A stretch of 64,000 nucleotides of DNA. Source: an uncultured virus (IMG/VR IMGVR_UViG_3300034374_010562) (lineage: Duplodnaviria; Heunggongvirae; Uroviricota; Caudoviricetes). Below, in pieces: positions 48,561 to 58,207 of the stretch. The notes below the pieces were generated by a model. That model was not told the DNA's origin. It searched no databases and saw nothing but the letters and a program-made list of their open reading frames with translations. The translations under genes were made by a program, and so were the position numbers. Every line of letters begins with the position of its first letter. Within the stretch, counting starts at the first letter, position 1. Location: IMG/VR virus record IMGVR_UViG_3300034374_010562; one strand, 5' to 3'.

Positions 48561-50264
48561 TTATGGTAAAAAATCATCAAAATCAAAATTATCTATAAAT
48601 CCAAACAGTAAATCCGTATCACCTCTTTGGTAATCATCACTCCATTGCAATATTTTACTACGTTCATGACCAGGATATTTGTTAGGTGAATACTCCCATT
48701 TCGCTTCAGAGGTTGTAACCTTACCATTAGGGAATCTCTTTTCAATCTTTGGTAACACTAACACCTGAATCTCGTGTAACTTTTTTACTCTTTGGTCCAA
48801 TGACTCCAACGCATAGTTCCAATTAGAACTTAAGTTTTGGTTATGACGCCCTAAGGATTGGACTCGGTTTGGTGAACCATTCAATCGGTAACGGTATTCA
48901 ATGGTCGCCCTTTCTTTACCGTTGGGACCACCCTCTCTAAGTGATACAATAAAACAATTCGCATGTTCCGTATATGTTCTCACACAATTCTTTTGATGTT
49001 GACTCTCACCCACATAATCGTTGGTGGTGGTTAACAACATTGGATAGTAGTCAATATGAGGTCCAATGATAATTTCCTCTATCTCACGTTTCATATCCAC
49101 TGAGTATGTTCTGGTTATTAAACCTTTACGGTAACTATCCAAAAGTGTTGACCATTCAGTGTGCTCGGTATTGAACTCTTTAACGTTATTTGCTCTTATC
49201 TTCACATCTTCACCATAACCTCTCAACTTCTCTTTGAACTTAAGGTGGTCTTTTAATACTTGAATAAATCCATCAACACTAATGGACTTATTGTTTAATA
49301 TCTTAACGAGTTTTTTCTTTTCTGAATTATTCAACTCATAAATGTTCTCGTGGTTGGATACATAGCTCGAAACTGTAAGTCTATTGCTAATCTTGAAAAA
49401 GTCTTCATTAACCATATTGAAGTAATCAACCCCCAATAAATTATAGAAGAAGTAAATGTCATTAAGTCGTATATTATTCTGAGAGTTGAGTATTTTTCTA
49501 ATCTTTGAACCTCTCAACTCATAGTCTTTCATGAAGACGTTAACAATGTTTTTATGTTTCTTAAGGTCCTTCTTTGCAAATTGCAACCCAATAAACTTTT
49601 TATATGCATCAGGAAGTTTAAACCCATTCAAATGGTAATATGTCTTAAAGAAAAACTCCTCCGGATTACTCACATCATATCTCACGTCGCTCGTTCCATA
49701 AATCTTATTGACAAAAATGTGTAAAGCTTTGTCCAAAACAGTATAACCGTATGATACTGAATAGGTAATATCTTTAACCATCTCCACATCCCTAATGTGT
49801 TGTGGAATCATAGCAACGATTGACTGAATGTAGCTAAAGTAATTAGTCTTCACCGTATTAACTCTCTTTGTCTTATACCCCTTTCGGTCTCTTAATCCAG
49901 AATAAAAGTTTTTGTATTTCTTATTATAGGTTACATAATAAAGAGTATTTGACCTACCGAAGTATTTTTTACCAACACCACGACCTGAACTATTCAAATA
50001 AAGTTTTAACGCAACTGACTTCTCACTTTCTTCAACAACTAGTGTTACCCTTTCAGTTTTTACCTTTTTAGTGATATCACCATAATGTTTCTTTAACTCC
50101 TCAATAGTTTCCACGACATTGGTGGACTTTACTTTGAAGTAAGGTTTCTTTTTGTAATCTCGAGATTCTGAAAAGTTAGGGATTGTCTCGTGATGAAAAG
50201 GACAATCCATATAATAGTCGGTAACAGTGAATACCTCCTTTTGATATTTAAAATGATTTTCCAT
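48561..50264 (-). CDS. PcfJ-like domain protein (likely start MENHFK)
   Basis: C-terminal ESQHQKNCVRTY..IVSLR..RATIEY..VQSLGRHN; TACCTTTG box at 50283-50290. Confidence 0.75.
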   Translation of the reverse strand: MENHFKYQKEVFTVTDYYMDCPFHHETIPNFSESRDYKKKPYFKVKSTNVVETIEELKKHYGDITKKVKTERVTLVVEESEKSVALKLYLNSSGRGVGKKYFGRSNTLYYVTYNKKYKNFYSGLRDRKGYKTKRVNTVKTNYFSYIQSIVAMIPQHIRDVEMVKDITYSVSYGYTVLDKALHIFVNKIYGTSDVRYDVSNPEEFFFKTYYHLNGFKLPDAYKKFIGLQFAKKDLKKHKNIVNVFMKDYELRGSKIRKILNSQNNIRLNDIYFFYNLLGVDYFNMVNEDFFKISNRLTVSSYVSNHENIYELNNSEKKKLVKILNNKSISVDGFIQVLKDHLKFKEKLRGYGEDVKIRANNVKEFNTEHTEWSTLLDSYRKGLITRTYSVDMKREIEEIIIGPHIDYYPMLLTTTNDYVGESQHQKNCVRTYTEHANCFIVSLREGGPNGKERATIEYRYRLNGSPNRVQSLGRHNQNLSSNWNYALESLDQRVKKLHEIQVLVLPKIEKRFPNGKVTTSEAKWEYSPNKYPGHERSKILQWSDDYQRGDTDLLFGFIDNFDFDDFLP

Positions 50265-50319
50265 CCACAACTTCTTTATCCACAAAGGTAATCAAAAATA
50301 AAGACAAAAAAAAGTGGGA

Positions 50320-53133
50320 TTAAATAATCCCACCAAAATAATTGTTGTTTGTAACATATAAGAAATATCCTTTGTCTCGGACATTGTAACTGAAACACAC
50401 ATCATAATCTCCATCACCCCACCTTTGTAGGTTTTTGGTGAACGAACCTTTGATATCATCCAACACCTCGTTTTGGAACATCCATATACCACAAGTATAT
50501 CCAACACTCCAACACCCTTGAAGTTCATAGGTTTTGATTCTTTCTTGTTCAGGTTTGTCAATTATATACCCATCTTTATTAACGGTATACCAGAAGTTCA
50601 CCCACGGTGTTCCTTCCTCAACAATCATCGGAGAGATAATCTTACGGTCCTCACGAACTAAGAATTGTAACGACTTACGGTTACGGAAGATGTAATTCGC
50701 ATCCATAATCATGGAATAGTCACTACCGTCTTTGATTGATTGTTCCAACGCAAAGTCTCTTTTCTCTGCAAAGGTACCATCCACAAAATGTTTTTGAACG
50801 GACATATATTCATCACCAAACAGACCAACGAACTTATCAATCTTATAGTCGTGCTCTACTTTGTTATAAATGACATTAAGCTTAATCTTATCTTTTGGAT
50901 AGGTTAGATACCTAATTTGGTCAAATACCTGATTGATATCGTGAACGTCAATATCCAACATCACATTAATTGTGAATGTCTTAGATACATCCAACTCAAC
51001 AGCTTGAAGTGTACCCAACGAACCATAAGTGCTATTGTTCTCACCGAACATAAAGTGAGTCATCTTATCCAAAAACTCCTTGACCTCTGAAGAACCATTT
51101 GCGTGAATTACAGTTGGACAGGTATTAGTCACATCATTGTATATCATGCCGTCCTGTTGATTTAATCTCACATCTTCAGTGGCCAAATTCAATGTTTGGA
51201 AAACACGTTGGTGGTAATCCAACGCAATATCCTGATTGATACTATCTGCAGGTCTTCTCCACGAATACCATCCGAAACCTTCACCTTCATTACTCTGACT
51301 ACGTTGGTCGGTCCACTTCATCAACTTCAACATTGGATATCTCTCCAACATATTCAAAGGTGTTAAGTCTGGTTGGTGGTGGTGACCATATACATTCTCA
51401 TATACACCATCCCAATCCTGAAGGTATTCAAAAGGAACAACAATAATAATCTCACCAACCTTATCTCGAACCTTATTCAACCATTTGGTTGCTTGCTCCT
51501 GAGTAACGTGCTCAAAGACATCACCCATCACAACCACATCATAATAGTCAAACTCAAAATCTAAGAAGTCACTCAAATATACATTAGAATACAACTCCTT
51601 AAGGTTATACCTTTCAATATACGGTTCAAATATTTCAACACAATCTATCTCTCTAAAATATGAGCCCAATACACGAGCCCACTTACCATCACCTCCACCG
51701 ATATCCAATACCTTAGCGGATTGTGAAAACTTATCCTTCAAATATTCAACAATGAACGGGTCAAAGTATGGTTCACTCATCCAACCAAACCTGTTTCCAT
51801 TCTCATGTCTCTCATAAGTGTTCTCAATAATTTCAGTATACGGTTCCTTCTCAGGAATAATCAAATCACCACCAAATAACTTATTGGTGTAGAATCTTTG
51901 GTCGTCCTCCTCAATCGGAATATCCTCGTTGATAAGTTCAAATACTTTATCAGCATAACCGATGATACCCCCTGAGTTCAAAAACTTATAGTCAGTCGGT
52001 GCATCAGGATAGTCACCCGCACGCTCAGGGTCAGGCCAACAGGTCTTCTCAGCACTGAAAACCACACCCTTCTTAAACGAACGGAACCTATTCAAAATAT
52101 CTGAAGGTGGTGAATTAAACACCACATCATAAGAGTCAGTGAACATCACAATGGTGTCCTCCAACTTATCCCACGTTCTCATCTCATCTCTTAGGTAAAT
52201 GATTTTCTGAGCACCACCTGGTTCCAATAGAACACCGTTCTCAGCCTTACCACTTTTCCAATCATCCCCCAATCCCAAAATCTTATGGGGAATTCGATAA
52301 TAGTTACACGACTTCACAAAACGTTCCAACGCTTCGTTTCTCTCCGTCGCAACCGTTACAACAATAAAACTATCGAACTCATCTTTATACGGCTCGTTGT
52401 TGTAGAATACTTTTGTTTTTTCTGTTTCTGAATCCATAAAGGCATTATTTTCAGGATTAACCACGTCGTTGACCAACGCCAATGGTTTTAATTTATCATT
52501 TTTTTCATATACGTCAACAATATTCGACATTCTTGGATTAGGAGTATCCACCATAATGGGGACAAACTCATCCGCAGGAATTAACCTCTCCTTAAAATTA
52601 CTGTTAACTAATTTCTTCGCACCCTCTTTGGTAACCACATACGCCAAACACCAGTACGAAAACTTTGGTTTAACAATGTAGTCATTAACAGGGTCATCAG
52701 TGAGACCAAACATTCTCTTGCGACCCAAATAGAATAAGTCCCAATCAATGTCTTTGGTATCACCCACAATTCTCTGACATACCTCAACGAAATCATCACT
52801 GAACACCGCATCATCTTCAATGATTAATGCACGTTCAATCTTTTCGTTTTCCAATATTTCTTTCCACGAATAATAGTGAGATAGAGAACAACCAATCTCA
52901 CCCATAGTCATTCCACGACCAGTGTTAGGGTCAAAGAACCACGGCAAGACATCGACATTTTCTTTGTCCATCTCCTCTTTGGTTATCTTCTGACCATCAA
53001 CCGCATCCAAACGAATGACATTCACAACGTCCTCAATACCCAAAAGGTCAATACGTTGCATAAGACGACGATACTTATCAGGTCGTCTTTCCAAATTGAT
53101 AATAATAATTGTATCAAAAAATAGTTTCTCCAT
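50320..53133 (-). CDS. Fusion: GT25 COLGALT-like galactosyltransferase + PLOD/LH3-like glycosyltransferase (with inserted class I SAM methyltransferase) + PLOD accessory domain
   Basis: INLERRPD..DAVDG..GEIGCSLSHY..EDDA..WDLFYLGRKR..SYWCLAYV..PADEF; TVATE..LGLG..GGAQK..MFTDSYDV..FSAE..CWPD..FLNSGG.IG..DDQRFYT; VLDIGGGDG; FQTLN..HANG; NFW..DVCFS...RDKGYFLYVTN...FG. Confidence 0.9.
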   Translation of the reverse strand: MEKLFFDTIIIINLERRPDKYRRLMQRIDLLGIEDVVNVIRLDAVDGQKITKEEMDKENVDVLPWFFDPNTGRGMTMGEIGCSLSHYYSWKEILENEKIERALIIEDDAVFSDDFVEVCQRIVGDTKDIDWDLFYLGRKRMFGLTDDPVNDYIVKPKFSYWCLAYVVTKEGAKKLVNSNFKERLIPADEFVPIMVDTPNPRMSNIVDVYEKNDKLKPLALVNDVVNPENNAFMDSETEKTKVFYNNEPYKDEFDSFIVVTVATERNEALERFVKSCNYYRIPHKILGLGDDWKSGKAENGVLLEPGGAQKIIYLRDEMRTWDKLEDTIVMFTDSYDVVFNSPPSDILNRFRSFKKGVVFSAEKTCWPDPERAGDYPDAPTDYKFLNSGGIIGYADKVFELINEDIPIEEDDQRFYTNKLFGGDLIIPEKEPYTEIIENTYERHENGNRFGWMSEPYFDPFIVEYLKDKFSQSAKVLDIGGGDGKWARVLGSYFREIDCVEIFEPYIERYNLKELYSNVYLSDFLDFEFDYYDVVVMGDVFEHVTQEQATKWLNKVRDKVGEIIIVVPFEYLQDWDGVYENVYGHHHQPDLTPLNMLERYPMLKLMKWTDQRSQSNEGEGFGWYSWRRPADSINQDIALDYHQRVFQTLNLATEDVRLNQQDGMIYNDVTNTCPTVIHANGSSEVKEFLDKMTHFMFGENNSTYGSLGTLQAVELDVSKTFTINVMLDIDVHDINQVFDQIRYLTYPKDKIKLNVIYNKVEHDYKIDKFVGLFGDEYMSVQKHFVDGTFAEKRDFALEQSIKDGSDYSMIMDANYIFRNRKSLQFLVREDRKIISPMIVEEGTPWVNFWYTVNKDGYIIDKPEQERIKTYELQGCWSVGYTCGIWMFQNEVLDDIKGSFTKNLQRWGDGDYDVCFSYNVRDKGYFLYVTNNNYFGGII

Positions 53134-53165
53134 AGGATGTCTTTGGAGAAATATAAGAATAGTTT

Positions 53166-53450
53166 CTAATTAAGAAACATATTACCCCATGAAGTTTCCA
53201 TGAATGGACCCGATACTTTTGGTTCCTCTTCAGGTGACATATTGTTGATTTTCAAAACTATTGAGATAATCTGCTTGTGGGTCAACTCAATGTCTTCCCC
53301 CTTCTCATAGTTTTCATAAGCCGCCTTTTTAACCTCATCAAAGAAGTCATCAGGTGTTCCCTGACCAATGACCTTTGCCAACTCCTCAGGGTTATCTTTA
53401 AAAAACTTAATAAAGTTACTTACGTATATTTGAACATCTACATTTTCCAT
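53166..53450 (-). CDS. Hypothetical protein
   Basis: 94 aa; TATATTTG box at 53455-53462. Confidence 0.7.
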   Translation of the reverse strand: MENVDVQIYVSNFIKFFKDNPEELAKVIGQGTPDDFFDEVKKAAYENYEKGEDIELTHKQIISIVLKINNMSPEEEPKVSGPFMETSWGNMFLN

Positions 53451-53465
53451 AAGACAAATATATAA

Positions 53466-53492
53466 AAAAAATCAGGACCTAAGTCCTGATTT
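53466..53492 (-). terminator. Intrinsic terminator
   Basis: AAATCAGGAC-CTAA-GTCCTGATTT with A-run. Confidence 0.7.
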
Positions 53493-53498
53493 CGTATT

Positions 53499-54815
53499 TT
53501 ATTTAGAGATAATCAATCCCTCTTTGTTTTGAATTTCTTCAGGAATCTCAACATTTGGACTTCCACTAACATTGATAACCATCAAGTTAGGTAGTTGAGC
53601 AACTGAAGCTGGAATTGACTTCAAGTTTTTGTTGTTAGGAACTGATAAGAATTTCAAGTCCTTCAATTTACCAATTTCTTCAGGTAGTTCTGATACCACA
53701 CCGTCCAAGTGGATAGCCTCCAAGTTTTTGAAGTCTCCAATCTCTTTTGGTAGTTTCAAGTTAATCTCAGTAGGTTTGTCACCTCTGTAGTATCCACCAC
53801 TACTTTGAGTGAAGTCAAACGATGTAATGTCTTTAGACAACATCTCAAAGAAATCATCAAATCCATATAGAGCCATGTATTTAGATGCTGAATCACGTGG
53901 GTAATCAACCGATACCTGTTTTCCATCAACCGATGTTAAACCTTTAACAAACTCAGGTTTGAACAACTCCTTAAGTTCAGGATTTTGATTTAAGAAACCA
54001 ATCAAATCGATTTGACGGTCATTTACATCCATGTATTGGTTAGATGGGAAGTGGAATTGGTAACGGTGTGATGGAAGACCAGAAAGGTTCCCTTTGTTCT
54101 CATCACTCTTATCCATTAATACATACAATGGACCTTGTTTGATATATGTGTTGAAGTAACTCAAACCAGGTGCTGAGGTACACCATCTTGTTTCTTTGTT
54201 TTGACCACCGTAGAAACATGCCGCCTCTTTACCCAAATCTCCTTTGTCTTCAATCTTAACAACCTCCCAATTAGGACCATCGTAGATAGTCTCACCACCA
54301 GGGTGTGTTGGAGACGACTTTCTTTCAGCCTTAGACATTGTCGCCATTTCCAATGAGAAGTCTTTAACAGCATCAAACAATTGGTCAATATCCAATTTGT
54401 TGATGTCTCTCATATTCTCAGGAAGTTGTCCTTTGAAACGGTCATACTTCTGCAAGTCTTCAGTTGTCTTATATAAATCCTCAAAGAACAACTCTTGCAT
54501 TCTCGTTAACTGACTTTTATACGCTGGTGTTCCATACTCAGCTTCTTGTTCCGCAGCTCTGTTCAACCCATTGAATTGTTTCAACAACCATTGAGTGTAT
54601 TTACCCGCTTTCTTAATCTCATCACCATCGCGACGAGTTGTCGGGTCGGCCAAAACGATTTGGTCGAACTGCTCAGGCTTTAACCTACCAGGAATTACTT
54701 TGTCCCCTCTTTTCTTAGGTTCAGTAAACTTCTTCTTCAAAATCTCATAACGAGAGTTTTCAAGAATTACCTGTTTTACGATGTTAGTGAACTTAATCAT
54801 GTTATTGTTTTCCAT
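53499..54815 (-). CDS. Phage protein with YG..TRWCT domain and C-terminal leucine-rich repeats
   Basis: LPKEIGDFKNLEAIHL, LPEEIGKLKDLKFLSV, IPASVAQLPNLMVINV; paralog of 18560..20161. Confidence 0.82.
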   Translation of the reverse strand: MENNNMIKFTNIVKQVILENSRYEILKKKFTEPKKRGDKVIPGRLKPEQFDQIVLADPTTRRDGDEIKKAGKYTQWLLKQFNGLNRAAEQEAEYGTPAYKSQLTRMQELFFEDLYKTTEDLQKYDRFKGQLPENMRDINKLDIDQLFDAVKDFSLEMATMSKAERKSSPTHPGGETIYDGPNWEVVKIEDKGDLGKEAACFYGGQNKETRWCTSAPGLSYFNTYIKQGPLYVLMDKSDENKGNLSGLPSHRYQFHFPSNQYMDVNDRQIDLIGFLNQNPELKELFKPEFVKGLTSVDGKQVSVDYPRDSASKYMALYGFDDFFEMLSKDITSFDFTQSSGGYYRGDKPTEINLKLPKEIGDFKNLEAIHLDGVVSELPEEIGKLKDLKFLSVPNNKNLKSIPASVAQLPNLMVINVSGSPNVEIPEEIQNKEGLIISK

Positions 54816-54848
54816 ATAAATATATTGGAGGATTAAAAGATTACCGTT

Positions 54849-55727
54849 TTAACCTTCCAAAGATACAACTTCTTCCTTTTTTTCCAAAGAATAATTCATA
54901 ATTAAGAGTTCAGTACCCTTAGTTTGTGACTTTCCCTTCTTAGCCGCAGCAGCCTTTGCAAAGTCCTTTGAGACCCACACAAAGTCATTCTCAGGGAACC
55001 AATCGTGCAAAAGGTCAAAGTCATAATAAGATAAAGAAAACTTACCCTGAACACCATTTAATACGTTCGCCAACCTCTCGTGGTCTTCACGGTCAAAGTC
55101 GTGATTGGAATAATAGTTCTCCGTCTTCCAATACGGAGGGTCCAAATAGATATATGTCGTTGGTGAGTCATATTTTTCAATAACCTCAGCAAAGTCCATA
55201 TTCTCCACATGAGTGATGGATACAAACTTCTTTACCCACTTCTCGTTCTTTAACTTATCTCTAAAGGTCAAATACTTAGATTTGTATTTACCTTTTAAGT
55301 CAATGTAGTTAGAAGTCTCAGGTTTACTACCACTGAAGACCTGAGTCAAAATGTACGCATACTTTGCAGCCACCTCATAGTCAGGACCGTTAACCACAAA
55401 ACCATCAGCAAACAACTCCTTTTGAAATTGGTTAAACAATTCCTTATATTCTGGTGGTGTAACCTCAACACCTCTCTGTTGACATGGAATCGCCTCCACA
55501 GCTTTCAACAACTCTGACGGGTTCTGAATACACTGAAACAAATTGTAGTTTAGGGGGTTGAAGTCATTATAGACAACTCTCTTAAGATTTGGGAACTTTT
55601 CCAAATCCATATTGTAAAAACACCAAAACATTCCACCGAATGTTTCCACGTAGGTCTCCATATCCTGTGGGTAATAATCCACAATCCATTTACCAATCCT
55701 ACTTTTTCCTCCGATATAACTAAGCAT
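54849..55727 (-). CDS. dam: DNA adenine methyltransferase, Dam/D12 class
   Basis: YIGGKS, YVETFGG, YNDFN, YLDPPY, FSLSY, ELLIMNY. Confidence 0.88.
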   Translation of the reverse strand: MLSYIGGKSRIGKWIVDYYPQDMETYVETFGGMFWCFYNMDLEKFPNLKRVVYNDFNPLNYNLFQCIQNPSELLKAVEAIPCQQRGVEVTPPEYKELFNQFQKELFADGFVVNGPDYEVAAKYAYILTQVFSGSKPETSNYIDLKGKYKSKYLTFRDKLKNEKWVKKFVSITHVENMDFAEVIEKYDSPTTYIYLDPPYWKTENYYSNHDFDREDHERLANVLNGVQGKFSLSYYDFDLLHDWFPENDFVWVSKDFAKAAAAKKGKSQTKGTELLIMNYSLEKKEEVVSLEG

Positions 55728-55868
55728 AAAAAATCCTTTTCAACAAATATAGTAAACAAAATCCTAAAAGGCAAATCCTAATGTTAAATTTTTCTCTAAT
55801 GTTTCTTTATTGTTAATAAATTACTATTTATTATTAAGAGAATGTTAATTACCCTAAAATTTAAGATT

Positions 55869-56207
55869 ATGAAAAAAACACTTTTAATTTTATTCGTGTT
55901 GTTCGGTCTATCATCAACAGCACAAACAGTTTCCATCACAGATTGGAACAACGACAACGTATTAGAATACGTAAAATGGTCTGAAGAAGGGTATAAATTA
56001 GAATCAGGAAGTATCCTCGATGGTAAATTCATCGGAACTTTCTTTTCTTACTACCCTGATGGGTCAGTGAGAACCAAAGCTTATTTCAAAGACGGAAAAA
56101 AACACGGTCATTGGAAATACTTTAATGAGGACGGTGATATCACCCATCAAATTGTCTACGAAGATAACCGTAGAGTGAAAGCTTCAATAACTCGTTATTT
56201 CGAATAA
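55869..56207 (+). CDS. Secreted MORN-variant (YwqK-like) repeat protein (likely start MKKTLL)
   Basis: Signal peptide MKKTLLILFVLFGLSSTAQ; G.F.SYYPDG..FKDGKKHG.WKYFNEDG repeats. Confidence 0.8.
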   Translation: MKKTLLILFVLFGLSSTAQTVSITDWNNDNVLEYVKWSEEGYKLESGSILDGKFIGTFFSYYPDGSVRTKAYFKDGKKHGHWKYFNEDGDITHQIVYEDNRRVKASITRYFE

Positions 56208-57118
56208 CAGTTCTTATACGGTCGGCAAGACGCTTTTTGTGAGAATCCCATATCCTTACATGATGTCTTTTCACAATACGACTTACTCATCTTTCTCGGC
56301 TTTTTGTATTCTTTCTCGGTTAACTCCTCAGAATACCCCTTTTTAATCTCATCTCTGATTTCATCCACTGTTGAATACAACATCTTCAAAAACATATTCC
56401 AACTGTCAGGGTTTCCCTGTTTAACCAAATACAACAGTTTCAATGCATGTGGTAACTCACCAGGTAAATCCTCCTCAGAGTTAATACCAAACAATACCTT
56501 TCTCAATACCTTATCACCAGTACCACCCTTACCAAAGAAATTCAACGCACTGTCCAAACTATCTTCTAACTCCTGTTGAGTGTAATACCCAATAAGTTCC
56601 TTATACCCTCTGACCATACCTTCCAACACCTCGTTGAAATACGCACGTTGCTCATAAGGATGACCATAATAATTTTCAATGGAGTCGTGAGAATAGTTAC
56701 CATAGTTTTTCTGACTTCTAAATCTGGTGGTATTCGTATCAAATACGTGTTGCAACTCGTGGTATAATGTATTGTATATGGATTTGGAGTTAGGGTTTAA
56801 CATTTGGTCAGGATTTACAATAATGAATATGTTACCCAACTCCATCGGCTTTTCATTATCTCTAATTTGAACCGCAGCTTCATTCTGATATGTCGAAAGA
56901 TAATAGATTGGAATGAAACCCTTATCACCCGCACCGTCTTCCATATATACCCTACCCACCAAAGGAGTCTCATCGTCTTTATCCTTCCACTTTGAAACAA
57001 TCAAATCAGTAACATATTCCAAATCAGAAACCGTGCGAGGATGAAACTTTACCCTCTTCTTTTCTGTGAGAAGGTTTTCACTATACTCTTTTAATATTTT
57101 ACTTATAATATCTTTCAT
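56195..57118 (-). CDS. HEXXH zinc metallopeptidase-like protein with C-terminal 4-Cys module
   Basis: TLYHELQHVFD..YYGHPYEQRAY; tail YCEKTSCKDMGFSQKASCRPYKNC. Confidence 0.75.
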   Translation of the reverse strand: MKDIISKILKEYSENLLTEKKRVKFHPRTVSDLEYVTDLIVSKWKDKDDETPLVGRVYMEDGAGDKGFIPIYYLSTYQNEAAVQIRDNEKPMELGNIFIIVNPDQMLNPNSKSIYNTLYHELQHVFDTNTTRFRSQKNYGNYSHDSIENYYGHPYEQRAYFNEVLEGMVRGYKELIGYYTQQELEDSLDSALNFFGKGGTGDKVLRKVLFGINSEEDLPGELPHALKLLYLVKQGNPDSWNMFLKMLYSTVDEIRDEIKKGYSEELTEKEYKKPRKMSKSYCEKTSCKDMGFSQKASCRPYKNCYSK

Positions 57119-57145
57119 AGAATAAATCTGTATCTATAAATACCT

Positions 57146-57286
57146 ATGGCTAAGAAAGAATGTAAAAGTTGTGATAAAAATCCTTTGTCGGACCAATGGG
57201 GGTTGATGTTATTCTCAGCTTACCTGTTTGCAACTGCAATCTACGGTAACATCAAACTATACGAATACATCAGTTCATTATTCTGA
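57146..57286 (+). CDS. Small CxxC + TM protein (46 aa), not in the ORF track
   Basis: [46 protein letters not shown]. Confidence 0.55.
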   Translation: MAKKECKSCDKNPLSDQWGLMLFSAYLFATAIYGNIKLYEYISSLF

Positions 57287-58207
57287 TTTTTCCCGACGGA
57301 CACCAACCTTAACGTATAAGTTACCAATCGGGTCCATCCTATACCCTTTACCTTTAACTCGTAACGGATTTTCAGTATCCATTACTTCAGGTAAAGGGAT
57401 TTTGATTTTACCGTCAGGGTGAGGAACCTCCAAACTATTTAATGAAGCAAAGTCCTGAGGAGTCACCTTTGTGGACCACACCAAATCTGAACCTACCTTC
57501 TCCCAACCGTTGTCTCTGGTCATATTGATTTTAATAATAAGGTCACCACGACCAACACCACTGTGGTAATCACCCTGACCTCTGACTCTTAAGAAATCAC
57601 CAGAGTCCACATTAGCCGGAATCTTAACTTTTAACTGAGTAATCTTATCCGTTCTTTTCTGACCATTACATTTCACACAGGGATTGGTAATCTTATATCC
57701 TCCACCCTGACAGGTCGGACAGTTACTTTCCACAATCTGTGAGAAAGGTCCACTACCAAATTGTTGTCTTACCCTTCCGTGACCGTTACAGGTGTTACAT
57801 ATGTCTCTATCACCACCCGTTCCCTTACATAGGTTACACTCCTCTTTGATTTGGTAATTGATGTCCTTATCCATACCATAGAATGAGTCCATTGGGGTGA
57901 TGTTTATATTGATAATCTTATCAGGTGCTTGTGGTCGTCTTCGTTGAGCCTGACGGTCCTGATTAAACATACTAAATAAATCCTCAAAACTTCCCCCACC
58001 AAATGGATTGGGGTTATCGTATTGTTTACGTTTGTTTTCGTCACCTAACGTATCATAAGCCTCGGCGACCTCCTTAAACATATCTGCACCGTCAGGGTTT
58101 ACATCCGGGTGATATTGTTTACTCATTTTTCTATATGCTTTCTTGATATCGTCCTGAGACGCATCTCTTGAGACACCTAAAGTTTTGTAATAATCTTTCA
58201 TGGACAA
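57278..58207 (-). CDS. dnaJ: DnaJ chaperone
   Basis: J domain with HPD, four CxxCxGxG repeats, C-terminal GDL/HPDG domain. Confidence 0.95.
   Translation of the reverse strand: MSMKDYYKTLGVSRDASQDDIKKAYRKMSKQYHPDVNPDGADMFKEVAEAYDTLGDENKRKQYDNPNPFGGGSFEDLFSMFNQDRQAQRRRPQAPDKIININITPMDSFYGMDKDINYQIKEECNLCKGTGGDRDICNTCNGHGRVRQQFGSGPFSQIVESNCPTCQGGGYKITNPCVKCNGQKRTDKITQLKVKIPANVDSGDFLRVRGQGDYHSGVGRGDLIIKINMTRDNGWEKVGSDLVWSTKVTPQDFASLNSLEVPHPDGKIKIPLPEVMDTENPLRVKGKGYRMDPIGNLYVKVGVRREKSE

Noticed and set aside
55869..56207. Toxin-antitoxin system based on the YwqK-like repeat
   Set aside because: The protein has a signal peptide and no adjacent toxin; the repeat alone is not diagnostic
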